The notes: generated from the sequence alone by a model not told the origin. 64,000 bases of DNA from the human T2T-CHM13v2.0 reference genome, Homo sapiens (GCF_009914755.1 NC_060931.1), one strand, 5' to 3'. Counted from the stretch's first letter, positions 20,662-41,220 are shown. Translations and numbers: made by a program.

Positions 20662-21193
20662 TAAGGTACCCTCTTAGATGCCTTGCTAGAGAAAATAGCA
20701 AACATAAGGGAGGTATTAAATGCTAAAGTATACAACAAAATTCTACAGTAAAACTATATGAAATTATTCAAACCGTGTTTTTAAATTATGAAGTTAAGCC
20801 AAAGGCTCTTTTGTCCTAAATCATTTAGTACTTTTAATAGTTCTGTGATGAACTGATCAGGATACGAGCCGGACACTGAACTGTGTTTTTTTGCAGGACA
20901 CAGACAACTGTCAACTAAACAAATAATCATGTCACTGTTTGTTTCATTTGAGTTAGCAAACATTCCCAGGATCTCTGGTATTAGCCAGGCTCAGTGTGAC
21001 CTCAAACCCACCCAGCTGTGGTTTTCCTTCATTAACTCGGCAGGCATTTGCCATTTTTTATCTCAAGAGGTATTTCACACTCGAATGGGATTCTGATGGA
21101 AAAGTGTTTTTTTCTTTTTCCCCTGAGCCTAGCACTAATGCTTCCCTTTGATAATGTTGGACTCTTGAAAGCCAGAGTACAGCCACCAACTTA

Positions 21194-21376
<183 letters not shown>

Positions 21377-21518
21377 TCAAGTTCACTGCCAGCTTTCCCC
21401 ATCCATGCCTGCCCTGCCCCCTGCCAGACAGGTTCCATCTATACCAGCTGACACTGCTGTGTGTCCATTATCCAGGTTCCTTCATTACCTTGGAGACTCA
21501 TCAGAAAACAAAAATTCA

Positions 21519-21853
<335 letters not shown>

Positions 21854-22092
21854 TCACTCCACCCAGATAGAAATTCGAGGTAACCAGAAATTTAGTTACC
21901 CTTTCTGCACCCCCCCAAGTGTATGAAGCCAAAATGCTCTCCAGCAGAGGCAACAGCCTTTATTTCCTTGAAGCCCTGGCCTACAGTTCATCTCTTCCAG
22001 AAAGATTCTCTTAACGAATCTCACTCCATCCCCATCTGACTTGTATTTTTTGCATTCCTTTAGCCAGTACCCAATAGTCAGTTGGGGGTTAA

Positions 22093-22597
<505 letters not shown>

Positions 22598-22774
22598 TGA
22601 ATTGATGTTATAAGCTACAGTACAGGAAGACAGAAGATAGTTCTGTTTTTCAAAATTTGCCTTATATTATGTTTAAATTGTTTTGAAATATTCAAAATGA
22701 AGATGTGTGACAACTTCAAAACAAACAAAAAAGACAGGTTTAGACACTGCAGGGACACCCATAGAGTGGCCCTA

Positions 22775-23433
<659 letters not shown>

Positions 23434-23455
23434 TTACAGAAAAGTCCTTAGGTTA

Positions 23456-23596
<141 letters not shown>

Positions 23597-23764
23597 TTAA
23601 TGTTTAAACCAAAAATCAAAGCACTTGGTCTCACAATGGGAAAGAATATCTGAAATGGGGGCCATGTTCAAGAAAATTCCTATGATTTATGTTTTGCCCA
23701 TGAGCATCTAGACAGCCCCTCCATAAAACAAAAATGTGGACCTCAGAGTCCTGTGAAAGCTATG

Positions 23765-23822
23765 TTTATTTCTTAAATCATAGTTGAAATATTCCTATTG
23801 TCAATAAATGTGGCAGTTTATT
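23765..23822 (-). terminator. Two canonical AATAAA in intron 4 after the exon-4 read-through stop
   Basis: TTTATT on plus at 23765-23770 and 23817-23822; U-rich stretch follows on minus. Confidence 0.55.
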
Positions 23823-23977
23823 CCCTGTGGTTCTACTGGTTGGCCCTTCCCTGTCTTCACTAGTCAATCTCCTCACCAGACCACCCCATAACCAAAACCC
23901 TCTAACTCTCTACCCTTTAAGAACTGGGGAACATCCAAGGAAAAACCACCAGCCATAGCCACTCTGCTGCAGACTCA

Positions 23978-25216
<1,239 letters not shown>

Positions 25217-26014
25217 CTACCACCCTTCCTCCTCTTCACTTTTGTAGCTTTGCTATCCAAGTGCTATCAAATTACTTGGCGTAATCTGATGTGTAAAAAT
25301 CTTGAAGATGGGTGGTTTGACACTGACGGTTTTTTTTGTTTTTGTTTTTGTTTTAAGAGATGGAGTGTTGCTCTGTTGCCCAGGCTGGAATGCAGTGGCC
25401 CGACCACAGCTCACTGCAAGCTCGAACTCCTGGGCTCCAGCGATCCTCCCACCTGAGCCTCCTGAGTAGCTGAGACTACAGGTGCTCACCAACTGTGTCA
25501 GCTGATGAAAGAATCTTGACATTCTGCCTGCACGGCAGAGCACGTCATTCCATGGCCTAGGATGACAGTGAGGATCAGCTCTAGGATGACAGTCCCCGGC
25601 TCTCTCCTGGGACTCAAAGTAGCCCCCAAACCCCAAAACTTTTAGGTGGGGCTGTCCACTATCTCCTGGTCCTGAGTCAACGTTCATCACTGGGGTCAAT
25701 GGAGAGATAGATTAGGGCAAATCAGAGAAGATTTTCCAGAAAGCATTCGATTTTGCCCATATCGTGATACGGGTGTACCTGGCTATTGACAGATTCACAA
25801 TGCTCAAAGAAACCAACAGAAAATGAAACCACAGTCTAAAGGCCTGACTTTGTTTAAGCTGGAAATTTTTCCAGTTTTCTTCATCTCACTCCATAAGGCC
25901 AAAGTATATCAGAAGTCAACATCGACAAAGCAGTGTGGCCTGCAGGGAATTGGCCTTCCTCTAGAAACTTGATAGGTCACACCCTTCTGGAAGCAGGGAG
26001 GAAGGAAGGAGTTA

Positions 26015-26190
26015 GGGTGTGTTTGTGAGCGCGTGTGGAGTGTGTGTGGCGTGCATGCACGTGATGTTTATGTGGGGTGTGTTTGTGTGCCGGGGGTACA
26101 TGTGGAAGATGTGCATGTCTGTGTTTGAGGCACATGTGCACGTGTGGTGTGTGAATGTGAGGTGTGCATGTGTGCTCGTGTGTGTGTGTG
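26015..26190. repeat. Degenerate (TG)n / purine-pyrimidine alternating tract
   Basis: Direct reading. Confidence 0.85.
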
Positions 26191-26891
26191 AATTGTGCTT
26201 TTTTGTGTGGGGAAGGGGTAGAAGAGACATTTTTTTTCTCTTCCAAACCCAGGGGGCAGTAGTTATGTAGTAAAAGCAAACACCCTCCTCCTGTCAAGAA
26301 AAGGCTTAACTCAGGAGATTAACTGGAAGTGAAAATATATACAGATCTTTCTCATTCACAATAAGTTTACATTGAGAAGCTACCACCAAAACCCATCCCT
26401 CCAGACATTCCTCTGTTCAGAGGGAACTGTAGTGAGAGAGAAAAAGCATTAGATATGGGATCAGAACATGCACTCTGCTACTTTCTAGTGATGTGAGGCC
26501 TTGAAAATGTTACCTTTTATTTCTTCATTACATTATCCTTCATTCTTCTAAAAATGAGCTGAGGCTGCTTGCAATAAACATTGCTTACTATTTCTGAGCC
26601 TCAGTTTCTTTACCCTCTTAAGTAAGGCTAAAAAATGACATATCTACCTTTCTTTGTGGTTTCACTGTGAGGAACAATGATGAAATATTTATTTGGGATG
26701 AAAGTCCCTTGTAAATGATAAACCATTTCCCAAATATAAAGAGGTTTAATTGTTCATTAATTTGCACAGAATCCTAGAATCATGTATTCTATCTGCTTCA
26801 TAAAATTCATCTTTCCTACATCCACTTCATAAAGACATTAAAAATGAATGCCATTATATAATATGAAAATGCTTCAGAAATAGCAGCACTT

Positions 26892-27760
26892 GGCTGGGCA
26901 TGGTGGCTTACGCCTGTAATCCCAGCACTTTGGGAGGCTAAGGTGGGTGGATCACTTGAGGTCAGGAGTTCAAGACCAGCCTGGCCAACATGATGAAAAC
27001 CCGTCTCTACTAAAAATACAAAAATTAGCTGGGAGTGGTGGCAGGCACCTGTAATCCCAGCTACTTGGGAGACTGAAGCAGAAGAATCACTTGAACCCAG
27101 GAGGCGGCCGGCCATTGCAGTGAGCCGAGGTCGCACCACTGAACTCCAGCCTGGGTGACAGAGTGAGACTCTGTCTCAAAACAGGAAAGAAAAAAAAAAG
27201 TAATAGCACTTCATACTCCTTAGGATGGCTATTATTAAAAAAAAAAAATCAGAAAACACAAAATGATAGAGGATGTGAGAAATTTGAACCCATGTGCACT
27301 GCTGGCAGAAATGAAAAATGGCACAGCTGCTACAAAAAATGGTATGATCGTTCCTCCAAAAATTAAACATAGAATTACCATATGATCCAGCAATTCTACT
27401 TCTGATTATATACCCCCGAGGAACTGAAAACAGGGTCTCAAAGTGGTATCTGTACACCATGTTTACAGCAGCATTATTCACAATAGCCAAACTGGAAATG
27501 GCCCAAATATCCATCGACAGATGAATGGATAAAAAATTTATAATTATATACATACAATGAAATATTCATTCTGACATATGCTATAACATGGATGAACCCT
27601 GAGGACATCATGCTAAGTGAAATAAACCAGTCAGAAAAGGATAAATATTGTACGATTCCACTTATATGAAGTACCTAGGGTTGTCAAATTCATACAAACA
27701 GAAAGCAGAATGTTAGTTGCCAGGGGCTGGGGAAAGAAGGGAATGGGAGTTATTGTGGCT
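26892..27760 (+). mobile_element. AluS (26892-27199) followed by L1MB-like fragment
   Basis: Alu consensus, then GAATTACCATATGATCCAGCAATT. Confidence 0.8.
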
Positions 27761-28355
27761 TTTTTTAGAAATTTTAAAATATTGGTTTTTTTTTTAAAGA
27801 AATGGCACTGAGGACCATAAATTAAATTATACATAGTTTTGCATCAATAATAAATTTTCTGTATTAATTGTCTTGTGATTATGTAAGAGAATGGCCTTGT
27901 TCTGAGGAGATACATGCTGATATATTCAGGTGTGAAATGTCATGATATTTACATATATCAAATGCTTTAAACACCAAAATGTTCTACGTTGTGTGTGAGT
28001 AGCTGCATGTATACATAGAGAGAAAGAAAGTGCTAAAGCAATTGGGACAAAATGTTAACAGCTGATAAATCTAAACAATTTTATGTTTGTTTCTTTTCCT
28101 TAAAAAAAAGCTTTGTTAATTAGTTTTTAGAAAAATGATATACACTTTTTTAAACCTGGGGGGGGCAATAGTGCTAAGCATAAAAATTGAATTGCAAACA
28201 CTGCATGTATACTACCATTATAATTATGTAAAAATGGTGTATACATATGCATGAAGTTTGGAAGGGAAAATGAAGAGTTTTACACGGCAAGGTAGAGTGA
28301 TTATGGCAGTTTTTCTTTCCTTGTGATTTCTGCTGATTTGAAAGTTCACACAATT

Positions 28356-28941
<586 letters not shown>

Positions 28942-29956
28942 CTACAGAAGGGAGAAACAACAGCCAGAGTCAAAACACCTTCTTGTATTTGCCAAACATT
29001 CGTTAAGGCAAGCTCACGTGTGCAAAAATCTCTGAAGCAAGCAGAGATATACCAAAGGGGGAAAAATACATGCATATTCTGCAGTCTTTGATGAGTCACA
29101 TTCAGTTGGTGATTTACTTGGGGCAGAAGAGGTCCACAGACTAACCAAAAGATACTGATCAATTTGATAACCCTTGGAAGAATCAATGTAAGCTGGTTAG
29201 CTACAAACAGGACCCAAAGTGAGCCCTATATCATGAAGGAACCCAGCACAGGAAGGCTCATCTTTGGTTATCAACTCACTTTGCAATGAAAAGGACATGT
29301 GGGTCTTACCTGCAACTGTTTGGAAATCCAAAATTTAGACTCTGCTAGGCAGAATGACATTTCTCAAAAGATTGCCTAAAGAAGATAAGTTTTGTATTTC
29401 CATCTAAATAGATACATGTACGTGACTAGCTCTGAAGAGATGTAGTCCCTACTGGAAAGAGGGCAGAGAAAATACTGCAGCTGAGGCCACGCCATATGAT
29501 ACAGAACTGGAGGATGCTGGTTTTAAAATCTGAGGCCCTGGAAGCAGCTGTGTGACCTCAAGGGATCCCTTACCTACTCTTAGCCTCCGTTTCCTTTGCT
29601 GTAACAGGAGGAAAAGATTTGTTCTGTCTACAAAAACCAAGTTGTTAAGCAGACTAAATAGCAAAATTTGTAAATGCGTTATGCAAAATATAAAGTGTGA
29701 TGCACGTGTTTGAACCATGAAATGAGGAAACCAATATAATTAGTAAGAAACCTGAATTTCAGACATTTTAATGAGTCACTTCGATAGACTCTGAGCAAAC
29801 CAGATCAGTATGGTTCACTGTGATCTGTCTAGATGGCAAGCCATGATTCAAACCCCACTAGCAATGATTTTGCCACATGGATAATCGCTAAAACCTGATT
29901 CAAATAGATATATGTAACTGCTATCAAGTCTATGATCCAGATTCTAGACTCTAGAC

Positions 29957-30140
29957 CAGCAATTCTCAAAGTGTGGTCCCCGGACCAGCACCATCAGCAC
30001 TACCTGTAAATTTGTTAGAAATGCAAATCTTCAGGCACTTGCCCATATCTATAGAGTCTGAACCATCAGAGGTGGGGCCCAACAGTCTGTGTTTTAACAA
30101 ACCTTCTGGATGATTCTGATGTCCGCTAAAGTTTGAGCTG
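29957..30140. mobile_element. MER5A
   Basis: CAGCAATTCTCAAAGTGTGGTCCCCGGACCAGCA...GTTAGAAATGCAAAT. Confidence 0.8.
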
Positions 30141-30485
30141 TAGCAAAAAAGCACCATTAGCAACTTCACAAATGATGTTTTGGTAACATTCCTATTCCCA
30201 CGCCGATATTAAGCAAGAATGCTCCTGCCTTCATTAGACCAGAACAAATGAAAGCATTTCTTCCTTTAAGAAGCACATTTCAATTGTACAAGTTTATATA
30301 TCAGGCAGTCAGGTTTGCCTGATCTTTTTATGTTCTCACAAGTCAAAGCAAAATGAAAAAGTGTGAATACGTAGTTTTTTAGGGCTGAGTGTGTGGCTTC
30401 CCACTGGTTACCTCCAGTATTTTAACATTGTGACTAACACTTGCAGGTGCTTTTAAATGTTAGTTGAATGAATGCAAAGCAATCA

Positions 30486-30939
<454 letters not shown>

Positions 30940-31528
30940 TCCAAATTGCCCAAACAACAGCTGCAAATCTGCAGGGATAATTCCTCCATCTTTAGAGAGC
31001 CATCCTGGACCAACTCTTCTTGAAATTAGCTGAACTCTGGCTGACTCCTCCTGCCAAAGCCCTATGAAAAAATTCCATCCTACTCCCCTAAGTTAAAACA
31101 CTCCTTTAGAGCCTTCTCTTGCCCAGCATTCTTGAACAAAAACTTATACCAACAGTACTAACTCATGCTAACTCCAGAAACCAGCTCCTCAGACCTCTAG
31201 TTCAGGAAATAATGCAGTCCCCCATTCTGGGATCTTAACTCTGACGAGTGGAAAACAGCAATTAAATTATTAGCTAAAAATAAGCTTCAGGCAAGAACCT
31301 CCCCACCCTACCCCACCCTCTAATTGTGGGTACTGAATTCTAACAATGGAAAGGGAGCCTTGGGTGATGCTGACCTCTTGTTTGCACTGTTTGATAAAAG
31401 TATGATGACAACATTTTCCTATAGGGACCCTCACAGCACTGTAGTCAATGGGCTCTTCTGGGATCCCTTACACAACAGTGCCTTGTCTTAGGTTCATATC
31501 TGCCGACCTCCTCCCTAGAAAAGGGAAG

Positions 31529-31896
31529 TGATATGGTTTGGCTGTGTCCCCACCCAAATCTCATCTTGAATTGTAGTTCCCATAATCCCCACGTGTCATG
31601 GGAGGGACCTGGTAGGAGGCAATTGAATCATGGGGGCAGTTACTCCCATTCTACTGTTCTCATGATAGTGAGTTCTCACAAGATGTGATGGTTTTATAAA
31701 GGGCTTCCCCCTTTGCTTAGCACTCACTTCTCTTGCTTGCCACCATGTAAGATGTTCCTGTTTTGCCGTCCACCACGATTGTAAGCTTCATGAGGCCTCC
31801 CAGCCATGCAGAACTGTAAGCCAATTAAACCTCTTTTCTTTATAAATTACCCAGTCTCAGGTATGTCTTCATACTGCATGAAAATGGACTAATACA
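31529..31896 (+). mobile_element. THE1-family MaLR solo LTR
   Basis: TGATATGGTTTGGCTGTGTCCCCACCC...GGACTAATACA; TSD GGAAG. Confidence 0.92.
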
Positions 31897-32267
31897 GGAA
31901 GACTGTCCTTATTCTCCAGGAACTCAACGTAGATGTGTGGCCCGATGTTAAAAGTACCTGTTACTTTTGAAGAACTGAAGCAGCGATCAGACATGATGAA
32001 TGGCCTTTCTAAGCCTCCGGGTTAACACTAGACTAAGGATAGACCACAAAACACCTTCTCTCAAGTGTCATGACAAGACTGCATCTTGTCATTCCCTCAA
32101 TGAAAGAAAAAGGATGATATGTCTCTGATCATCAGCAGGAGCTTTAACGGGAATGATGTGTAAGGCATTTTTCCGGTGCTGGTAGTCATGGAGGACTGGG
32201 TTAGTACCTAGGCCAAGGGCCATAGATATCCCAAGACAAGACCTTTAAACCTTGGACTCCTGGAAAT

Positions 32268-32395
32268 GAGACAGAGAGAGACAGAGAAAGAGGGAGAGAG
32301 AGAGAGAGACAGAGGGACAGAGACAGAGAGAGAGAGAGAGAGAGGGAGACAGAGACAGAGAGAGAGAGAGAGAGGGAGACAGAGAGAGAGAGAGA
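32268..32395. repeat. (GA/GACA)n microsatellite
   Basis: Direct reading. Confidence 0.9.
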
Positions 32396-32656
32396 AACAA
32401 ACCCAAGTATCTAGATAGAAGAATGCACGGGGCTGGAGAGCAAATGGGACATATTTTCCTCCCCCAACCCCCAACAAGTCTTTATAATGTGTCTTGCATT
32501 CATATCTCTCCTGAGCTCAGTGGCCAACTCAAAATCACTTCTCATGTTATAAGATTTTTAAGTTCTTAGGGAAACACACTGAGTTCAGAGTCAAAAAGTA
32601 TTTAAGCCTCCAGAAGTCCCCAACAGCTATCTCATTGTGTATAAAAGTGCATCTGA

Positions 32657-32979
32657 GCTGGGTGCAGTGGCTCGCACCTGTAATCCCAGTACTTTGAGAG
32701 GCTGAGGCAGGAGGATCACTTGAGCTCAGGAGTTCGAGACCAGCCTGGGCAACATAGTGAGACCCTGTCCCTACTAAAATTTAAAAAAAAGTTAGCCAGC
32801 TATGGTGGTGCATGCCTGTAGTCCCAGATACTTGGGGGGCTTAGGCAGGAGGATAACTTCAGCCCAGGAGGTCAAGGCTGCAGTGAGCCCTGATCATGTC
32901 ATTGCACTACAGCCCGGGTGACAGAGCAAGATCCTGTCTCAAAAAAAAAAAAAAAAAAAAAAGAAAAAAGAAAAAAAAA
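32657..32979 (+). mobile_element. AluJ
   Basis: Alu consensus; TSD AAAAGTGCA(T/A)CTGA. Confidence 0.9.
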
Positions 32980-33169
32980 GTGCAACTGAATTTCAACTTT
33001 ACTTACATTTTCTCCATCCCTTCCACTCACCCATTATGTTTCTATGCCTCTCTTTAACTGTGAGGCTAACTTCTCTATTCATGGATTTTATCCAGCCAGA
33101 TACCAGGCTTAAACAGTATTCTCTGATCCTTAAGTCTATATTCCTGAGTGGATGAAACTGTTAATTATC

Positions 33170-34180
<1,011 letters not shown>

Positions 34181-34509
34181 CATCTTCCCCGCCAACTTCC
34201 CAACCTCATTCCAAAGTCCATCTCCTCCAAGAAGCCACCTTGATTTAAAGCATCAAGTAGTCTGACTACTATCAGATCTTCAGCTCATACTTACTCACAC
34301 AGGGTTCCCTTGCAGCCCAGTGGAAGAGGTATTCCAGACTCAAATTCTTATAAAACCTCAAATAGGAGAGAAATTTCTGGGATCTCTTAGTTCACTCAAT
34401 AACAGCCTCGACTACCACCTGCAGAACCCTGGCATTAATTTTGAATTTTCTCTGCTCCTACTCCAAAATATCTGTGACACAATACTGCCAGTAATATTCT
34501 CCCTCCTTA

Positions 34510-34725
<216 letters not shown>

Positions 34726-34814
34726 TCAGCCATAAAACTTTCAGTCTGCAAAGACCCGTGCCCATATTCTCTGACAACAGACACAGGTTGGTTCTGCTTA
34801 AAGAATACACTATA

Positions 34815-35127
<313 letters not shown>

Positions 35128-36124
35128 CTTTGTTAACATTTTAAATATACTTTAAATATTAACAGTAATTTTTCATATCATTGGCTTACACCTTTTCAAA
35201 AAACTCCTTAGTGTGCTTAACTATTCTTTTCTTTGATCCTCCCTCCTTGGCCTCCCAAAGCACTGGGATTACAGATGTGAACCACCACACCCAGCCTATT
35301 ATTTTCATTATAAACATTTTATTAGGGAATAAAATATGTCAATTTCCATAAAACAGTATATTGGGAATTTAATTTCTATTAACTCCATAAATTAGACTGG
35401 ATATTAAGTATATCATGTTAATTTCATTAAATCTTCTGATTCTGGAACAGAAAATATCTCTCCATTTATTCTGTTTTTTCCTATCGTGAATTTAAATTTT
35501 TCTTTTAATAGTTCTCCTTCATTTCCAAAATATTGAATATTATCGGTTGCACTATTATTTTTTGTTTGTCACTGGTAAATAGAAATGCAAAATGATCTTA
35601 TTGAAATTGATGAATTTTTGAAAATGTAAACATCTAGGTAAAAGTTATTCTCTAAGAATTAATTTTTAAAAGTCACTTATTCAATGCTATTATTTGTGTG
35701 TAAATCATGTCTGCAACTCTCTAGATTGCCTTCAGATCTTACAGTGTAACCTCATATGAAAAAATAGAGAACCAAGGACTCTGTCAACCAGGAGCCGAGA
35801 CCTTGAAACCCGGCCAGCCATCCGTGTACCTTGCCTCCTGGAGAAGTCAAGGCCAGTCACTCAGGCTCTAGCGACAGCCTCTATCCTAGCCATTCTCCCA
35901 GGCGGGCCCTTTCCTTGCTTTCTCCACCCTGTGACCCTGGCTTCCTGGCACTCCTTGATAAGGTCGACCTCAGCTTTTTGGTCCTGCACTGTGGTTTCAG
36001 ATAACCAGTCCCCGCCAGCCCCCACCCAGAACCCTCAGCAGCTGGGCTAAGACTCCACTTTATCAATCCCGGAGGAAAGACTCCTACAGCAAGAAGGGCC
36101 TTTGAAAAGTAATCCCCTCCAGCA

Positions 36125-36484
<360 letters not shown>

Positions 36485-36511
36485 TTACCTCATTGTTCTG
36501 ACGGCCATTAG

Positions 36512-36664
<153 letters not shown>

Positions 36665-36773
36665 TGAGACACCGTGCCACCCTAATATTCTTCTTGATAT
36701 TGAGCTGAAAATGACCTCACTGAAACTTCCCACCACAAGACAGGTTCTGCCCTCTGGCTCTGATATATTTAGC

Positions 36774-37332
36774 TGTTGTACTTGAGCGAGTTAGAGAAAA
36801 CGCCACACTTCGAGACGAATTAGGAGTCCGTTTATTTAGCCGGCGGCCAAGAGACGGCTAACGCTCAAAGTTCTCCCCGCCCCCGAAGAAGGGGCTAGAT
36901 TTTCTTTTATACTTTGGTTTAGAAAGGGGAGGGGGGGTCTAGTTAAAACAATTTTACTGAAGTAAAGTAGGCAAAAAAGTTAAAAGGATAAATGGTTACA
37001 AGAAAGTAAACAGTTCCAGGTGCAGGGGCTTTAAGACTATTACAAGGTGATAGATGCGGGACTTTGGGCATTATCAATCGGACGAATTCCTGGGAACTGC
37101 GGATATAGCTCGCCACCATATCTTATCAGTTAATTGCATTCTTGGATGTGCTGGGAGTCAGCTTGCACAAGTTAAGTCCTTGAAGAAGGGGCTGCCAGTG
37201 AAAGAGCCAAGATGGAGTCTGTCTGGCTCTCTTAGCTAAGGGAGAGCCAATTCAGGTGGAAACAAGGCTAGGTGATTAAAGGAAAGGGAGAGTCTAAAGA
37301 CAGGGTTAGTAAAAACAAGGTTGGGCATTACA
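36774..37332 (-). mobile_element. Solo LTR6 (LTR6A/B, ERV1), sense to ZC3HAV1
   Basis: Minus begins TGTAATGCCCAACCTTG and ends TACAACA; TSD TAGC; TATA 36905-36911; AATAAA 36831-36836. Confidence 0.85.
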
Positions 37333-38325
37333 TAGCAACTTGTTAGTCAGAAGGAATTAAGAATCTTTGCTTCCACTTTAGCTCCAGCCCAGACGTCCTG
37401 AACTTAGAGCCAAGCCTACGGCACCTCTGCAGGTCACAGAGAGATGCAGAATTGTTCCTGTCCTGTCCTAGCTGAGGAGTGTGGCACTTCCAAGGTCCCT
37501 GAAGTCAGCACTTCCTCTAAATAACTAAAGGAAGCCAGATAGCCTAATGGGGAGCCCTCTGCCTGGAACCTCAGGCGTCCAGGCTTTTCCAAAGGTGCTC
37601 ATGTCTGAAAGAAAAGTCAAAGCTAGCCCATGCTGCACTGGCTGGGGTCCGTGGTGCTGCCCACCTGGGGGCCTGGTTTTCCTTCTCATTTTTCATCTCC
37701 ATCCTCAGGCAAACTTCTTATTCCTCTAGATTCTGTGATTCTCACCCTGAACCCAGTCTCAACCTGCAACATCTCTGTCTCGTCTTGGTCTGACCTGCAG
37801 CCCCTTCCCTGGCAAATTCTGCTTCGTTTTCCCACATTCCCTAGACTTCTCCCCAGCGGCTTCTTAGGGGCTTTATCTTTGCCCTAATTTCAGGATATTG
37901 ATCAGCCACGAAGGTGGGGCAGTTTACACTTACCTTCTACTTGGGTTAATTACAGAAATTAACATTTATTATGCATTTACTAAGTGACAGGAACTTTACC
38001 TATGTTATTTAATTTAGTAGTCACGATAATCCTACTTTGGGAAACTGATGACTGATAAAATGAGAAATCAAAGGTGACAGATAAGAGGAAGATCCAGGAA
38101 TGAACACGCATCCCAAAACACAAGCAAAAACCCAAGCCGGAAAAATGAACAAAAACAGATCTGAAACTTTTTCAAACCAAAAAAATTTAAATCGGCATCC
38201 TGAATTATTTAAGCCACTGTTCCCCCAACTATTTAAGCAGGGTGCAAGCAGAGATCGTGGACATAAATCACATAAAGGGTGTGGTAGGAACACATTATGT
38301 GATAGGCATTATTTGTTGTGATTAG

Positions 38326-38726
38326 TGTCAGGCCTCTGAGCCCAAGCTAAGCCATCATATCCCCTGTGACCTGCACGTATACATCCAGATGGCCTGAAGT
38401 AACTGAAGAATCACAAAAGAAGTGAAAATGGCCTGTTTCTGCCTTAACTGATGACATTACCTTGTGAAATTCCTTCTCCTGGCTCATCCTGGCTCAAAAG
38501 CTCCCCCACTGAGCACCTTGTGTCCCCGGCCCCTGCCCGCCAGAGAACAACCCCCTTTGACTATAATTTTCCACTACCTACCCAAATCCTATAAAACGGC
38601 CCCACCCCCATCTCCCTTCGCTGACTCTCTTTCCGGACTCAGCCCGCCTGCATCCAGGTGAAATAAACAGCCTTGTTGCTCACACAAAGCCTGTTTGGTG
38701 GTCTCTTCACACGGACGCGAGTGAAA
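38326..38726 (+). mobile_element. Solo LTR7 (HERV-H; LTR7B/Y-like)
   Basis: TGTCAGGCCTCTGAGCCCAAGCTAAG...GGACGCGAGTGAAA; TSD ATTAG on both sides. Confidence 0.93.
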
Positions 38727-40914
38727 ATTAGTATTGTACAGACAAGCTCAGCAGCATGGGCCACAATCAGAGCTTGAAGGGTGTCATGTGTAGGTTTCAG
38801 GTGGCAGAACCTTCCTTCCGACTTTCTTCTGATCACTCTGTCCCAGCTCCAGGTGCCTAATATTGGCTAGTGGGCTTCAGCCAGGAAATAGTATGAAAGT
38901 CTCCCGTGGCCTCTTGGGGTTTGCTAAGCTAGCGATGCTGAAAATTTGGTCCCTAGGCCAACATCATCAGCATCACTTGGGAGGTTTTCAGAAATGCAAA
39001 TTCTCAGGCCCCATCCCAGACATCCCAGGGTGATTCTCAATCTTTTAGGATGCATCAGCATCACCTAGACAGGAGGTCCATTAGATTCCTGGGCCCCCAC
39101 CCTGGAGTGTCTGAATCAGTAAATCTAGGGTTGGAGGCCAAGAATTTGCATGTCTAACAATCTGGTTTTACGAACATACTTGGAGTATAGGCAGCTCAGG
39201 GCCACCTCCCCAAAAAGGACAACAGGTCCTACAGAAGGTTGGTTAGAAGCTGTGGGAACTCCCCTCTCGCCAGTACAAAAAGAGCTCTCCTACTAATTAT
39301 TATGAATTTCCCAGGACAAAACAAGCGTTTGCAGAATGCTACCCACACTTGGAGCAGATAAACCTCAAACAAAGAGGGCGAGTTGCAGTAGGAGGTGATA
39401 ACTTAAAAAAAAAAAAAAAAAACAGCAAAGACATCCTTGAAAGGAGCAGAATTGTCTCTCTTTAAGGAGCTCAGGCCAAAAGCCTAAAAACAAACGACCT
39501 TTTCACTTTTCTCTTCCAGCCACAGAACAAAATGTTATTTTAGCCCAGGCAATAAGCGCTCTCTCTCACCACGGGTGCAGTCTAAACAACTAGCCTGCAC
39601 AGTGATTCTCATTCCTGGCTACACATAATGATCAACTGGGCAGTGTTGAAAATAACCTAACCCTGGGCCACACCCTGGGGACTGGCTTCATCTTACTGCG
39701 GTGGGAGCCCGGGTGATTCCCACGTGCAGTCTGAGCTGAGAATCACTGGATGCGCTTGTCAGATTTGATTCTGAGTTAGATTCCTGAACTGGATGTTCAC
39801 CTCGGAGCTCTTGCACTTCACAAATCGGTAAACACAGGACTAGCTCTGAACTCAACAGTCAGACCAAAAAGAGACAGTAACCCGAGTCTTTTTTTTTTTT
39901 TTTTGGACAGTAATTATATCGAAGTACTCCTTCCCTTCTCTCCTTCATCCCCTCTGCTCCCTAACACCTAATAGGGTTGGCAAAAACAAAAAGATCGTTG
40001 ATTTGTATAGAAAACAGGAAATCACTCACCATGATATAAGCCAGGTAAAAAAGGAACCAGGATGTGTGAAAGATAAAATCTAGAGAACATTGAGCTAAAG
40101 AATAAAATGTCATCAGTCAAAACCAACCCTAACGCGATATTATTTTAAAGCCACGAGGCTCCTACTCCCCATATTTGTACTTCTGATATTCAAGATTAAA
40201 TTGCCGTGTTATTAGAGGGTAGGGATGGTTTACTGCCTCTAGAGCCCCTAGTGAGATGGAGGAGAAACAGAATAGACCAGACGAGATCACATGAGCAGGG
40301 TAACGAAGGATGTGGGGAGACACAGAGGGTGGAGCCGAAAAAAATGAGCTTCCTTTAACCACAACTGTATTACCCAGAACACACCAGGCACAAAGAGAGC
40401 CCCAGCTCACTGCAGAAAATGGTGAACCTAAGGCTGCAGCCACGGCAAGCCACAGCCTGCACCGAGGAGGAAGAGGAAAGCACCGAGGGCCTTGCAAGAC
40501 TGGAGAGCAGAAGAGGCTGGGCCCGCTGAGGATAGGGGAGGCCGGAGGCCAAGAATCCGCACATACCCTACAGTTGTACCAAGAGTGGGACAAACAGCAC
40601 CGGTGCCACCAAAATATCATCTTTCTGTTATTATGGACAGTCTCTCCAGTCTTGACTTCTCTAGTCCCCTAAGTTCATGGTTCACAAGCTTGTTGCCCAT
40701 TAAAAACCATCTAGGGACTTAAAAAAACAAAATCCCAAAGTCCAATTCAAACCCTAATTAAATCAGAAGGTAGGAGACGGGCATCAGTATTTTTTAAAGA
40801 TTTCCTAAGTGATCCCAACATGCAGCAAAGTTTGAGAAACATTGCCCTAGGTCCACATCAGGACTGAGAAAAAGGAGAGTAGATGGCCGCAGGTGGTGGC
40901 GTTACTGCTACAAT

Positions 40915-41220
<306 letters not shown>

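Noticed and set aside
40162-40722. Overlapping 120/152-aa ORFs in intron 1
   Set aside because: No recognisable domain; consistent with chance in moderately GC-rich DNA
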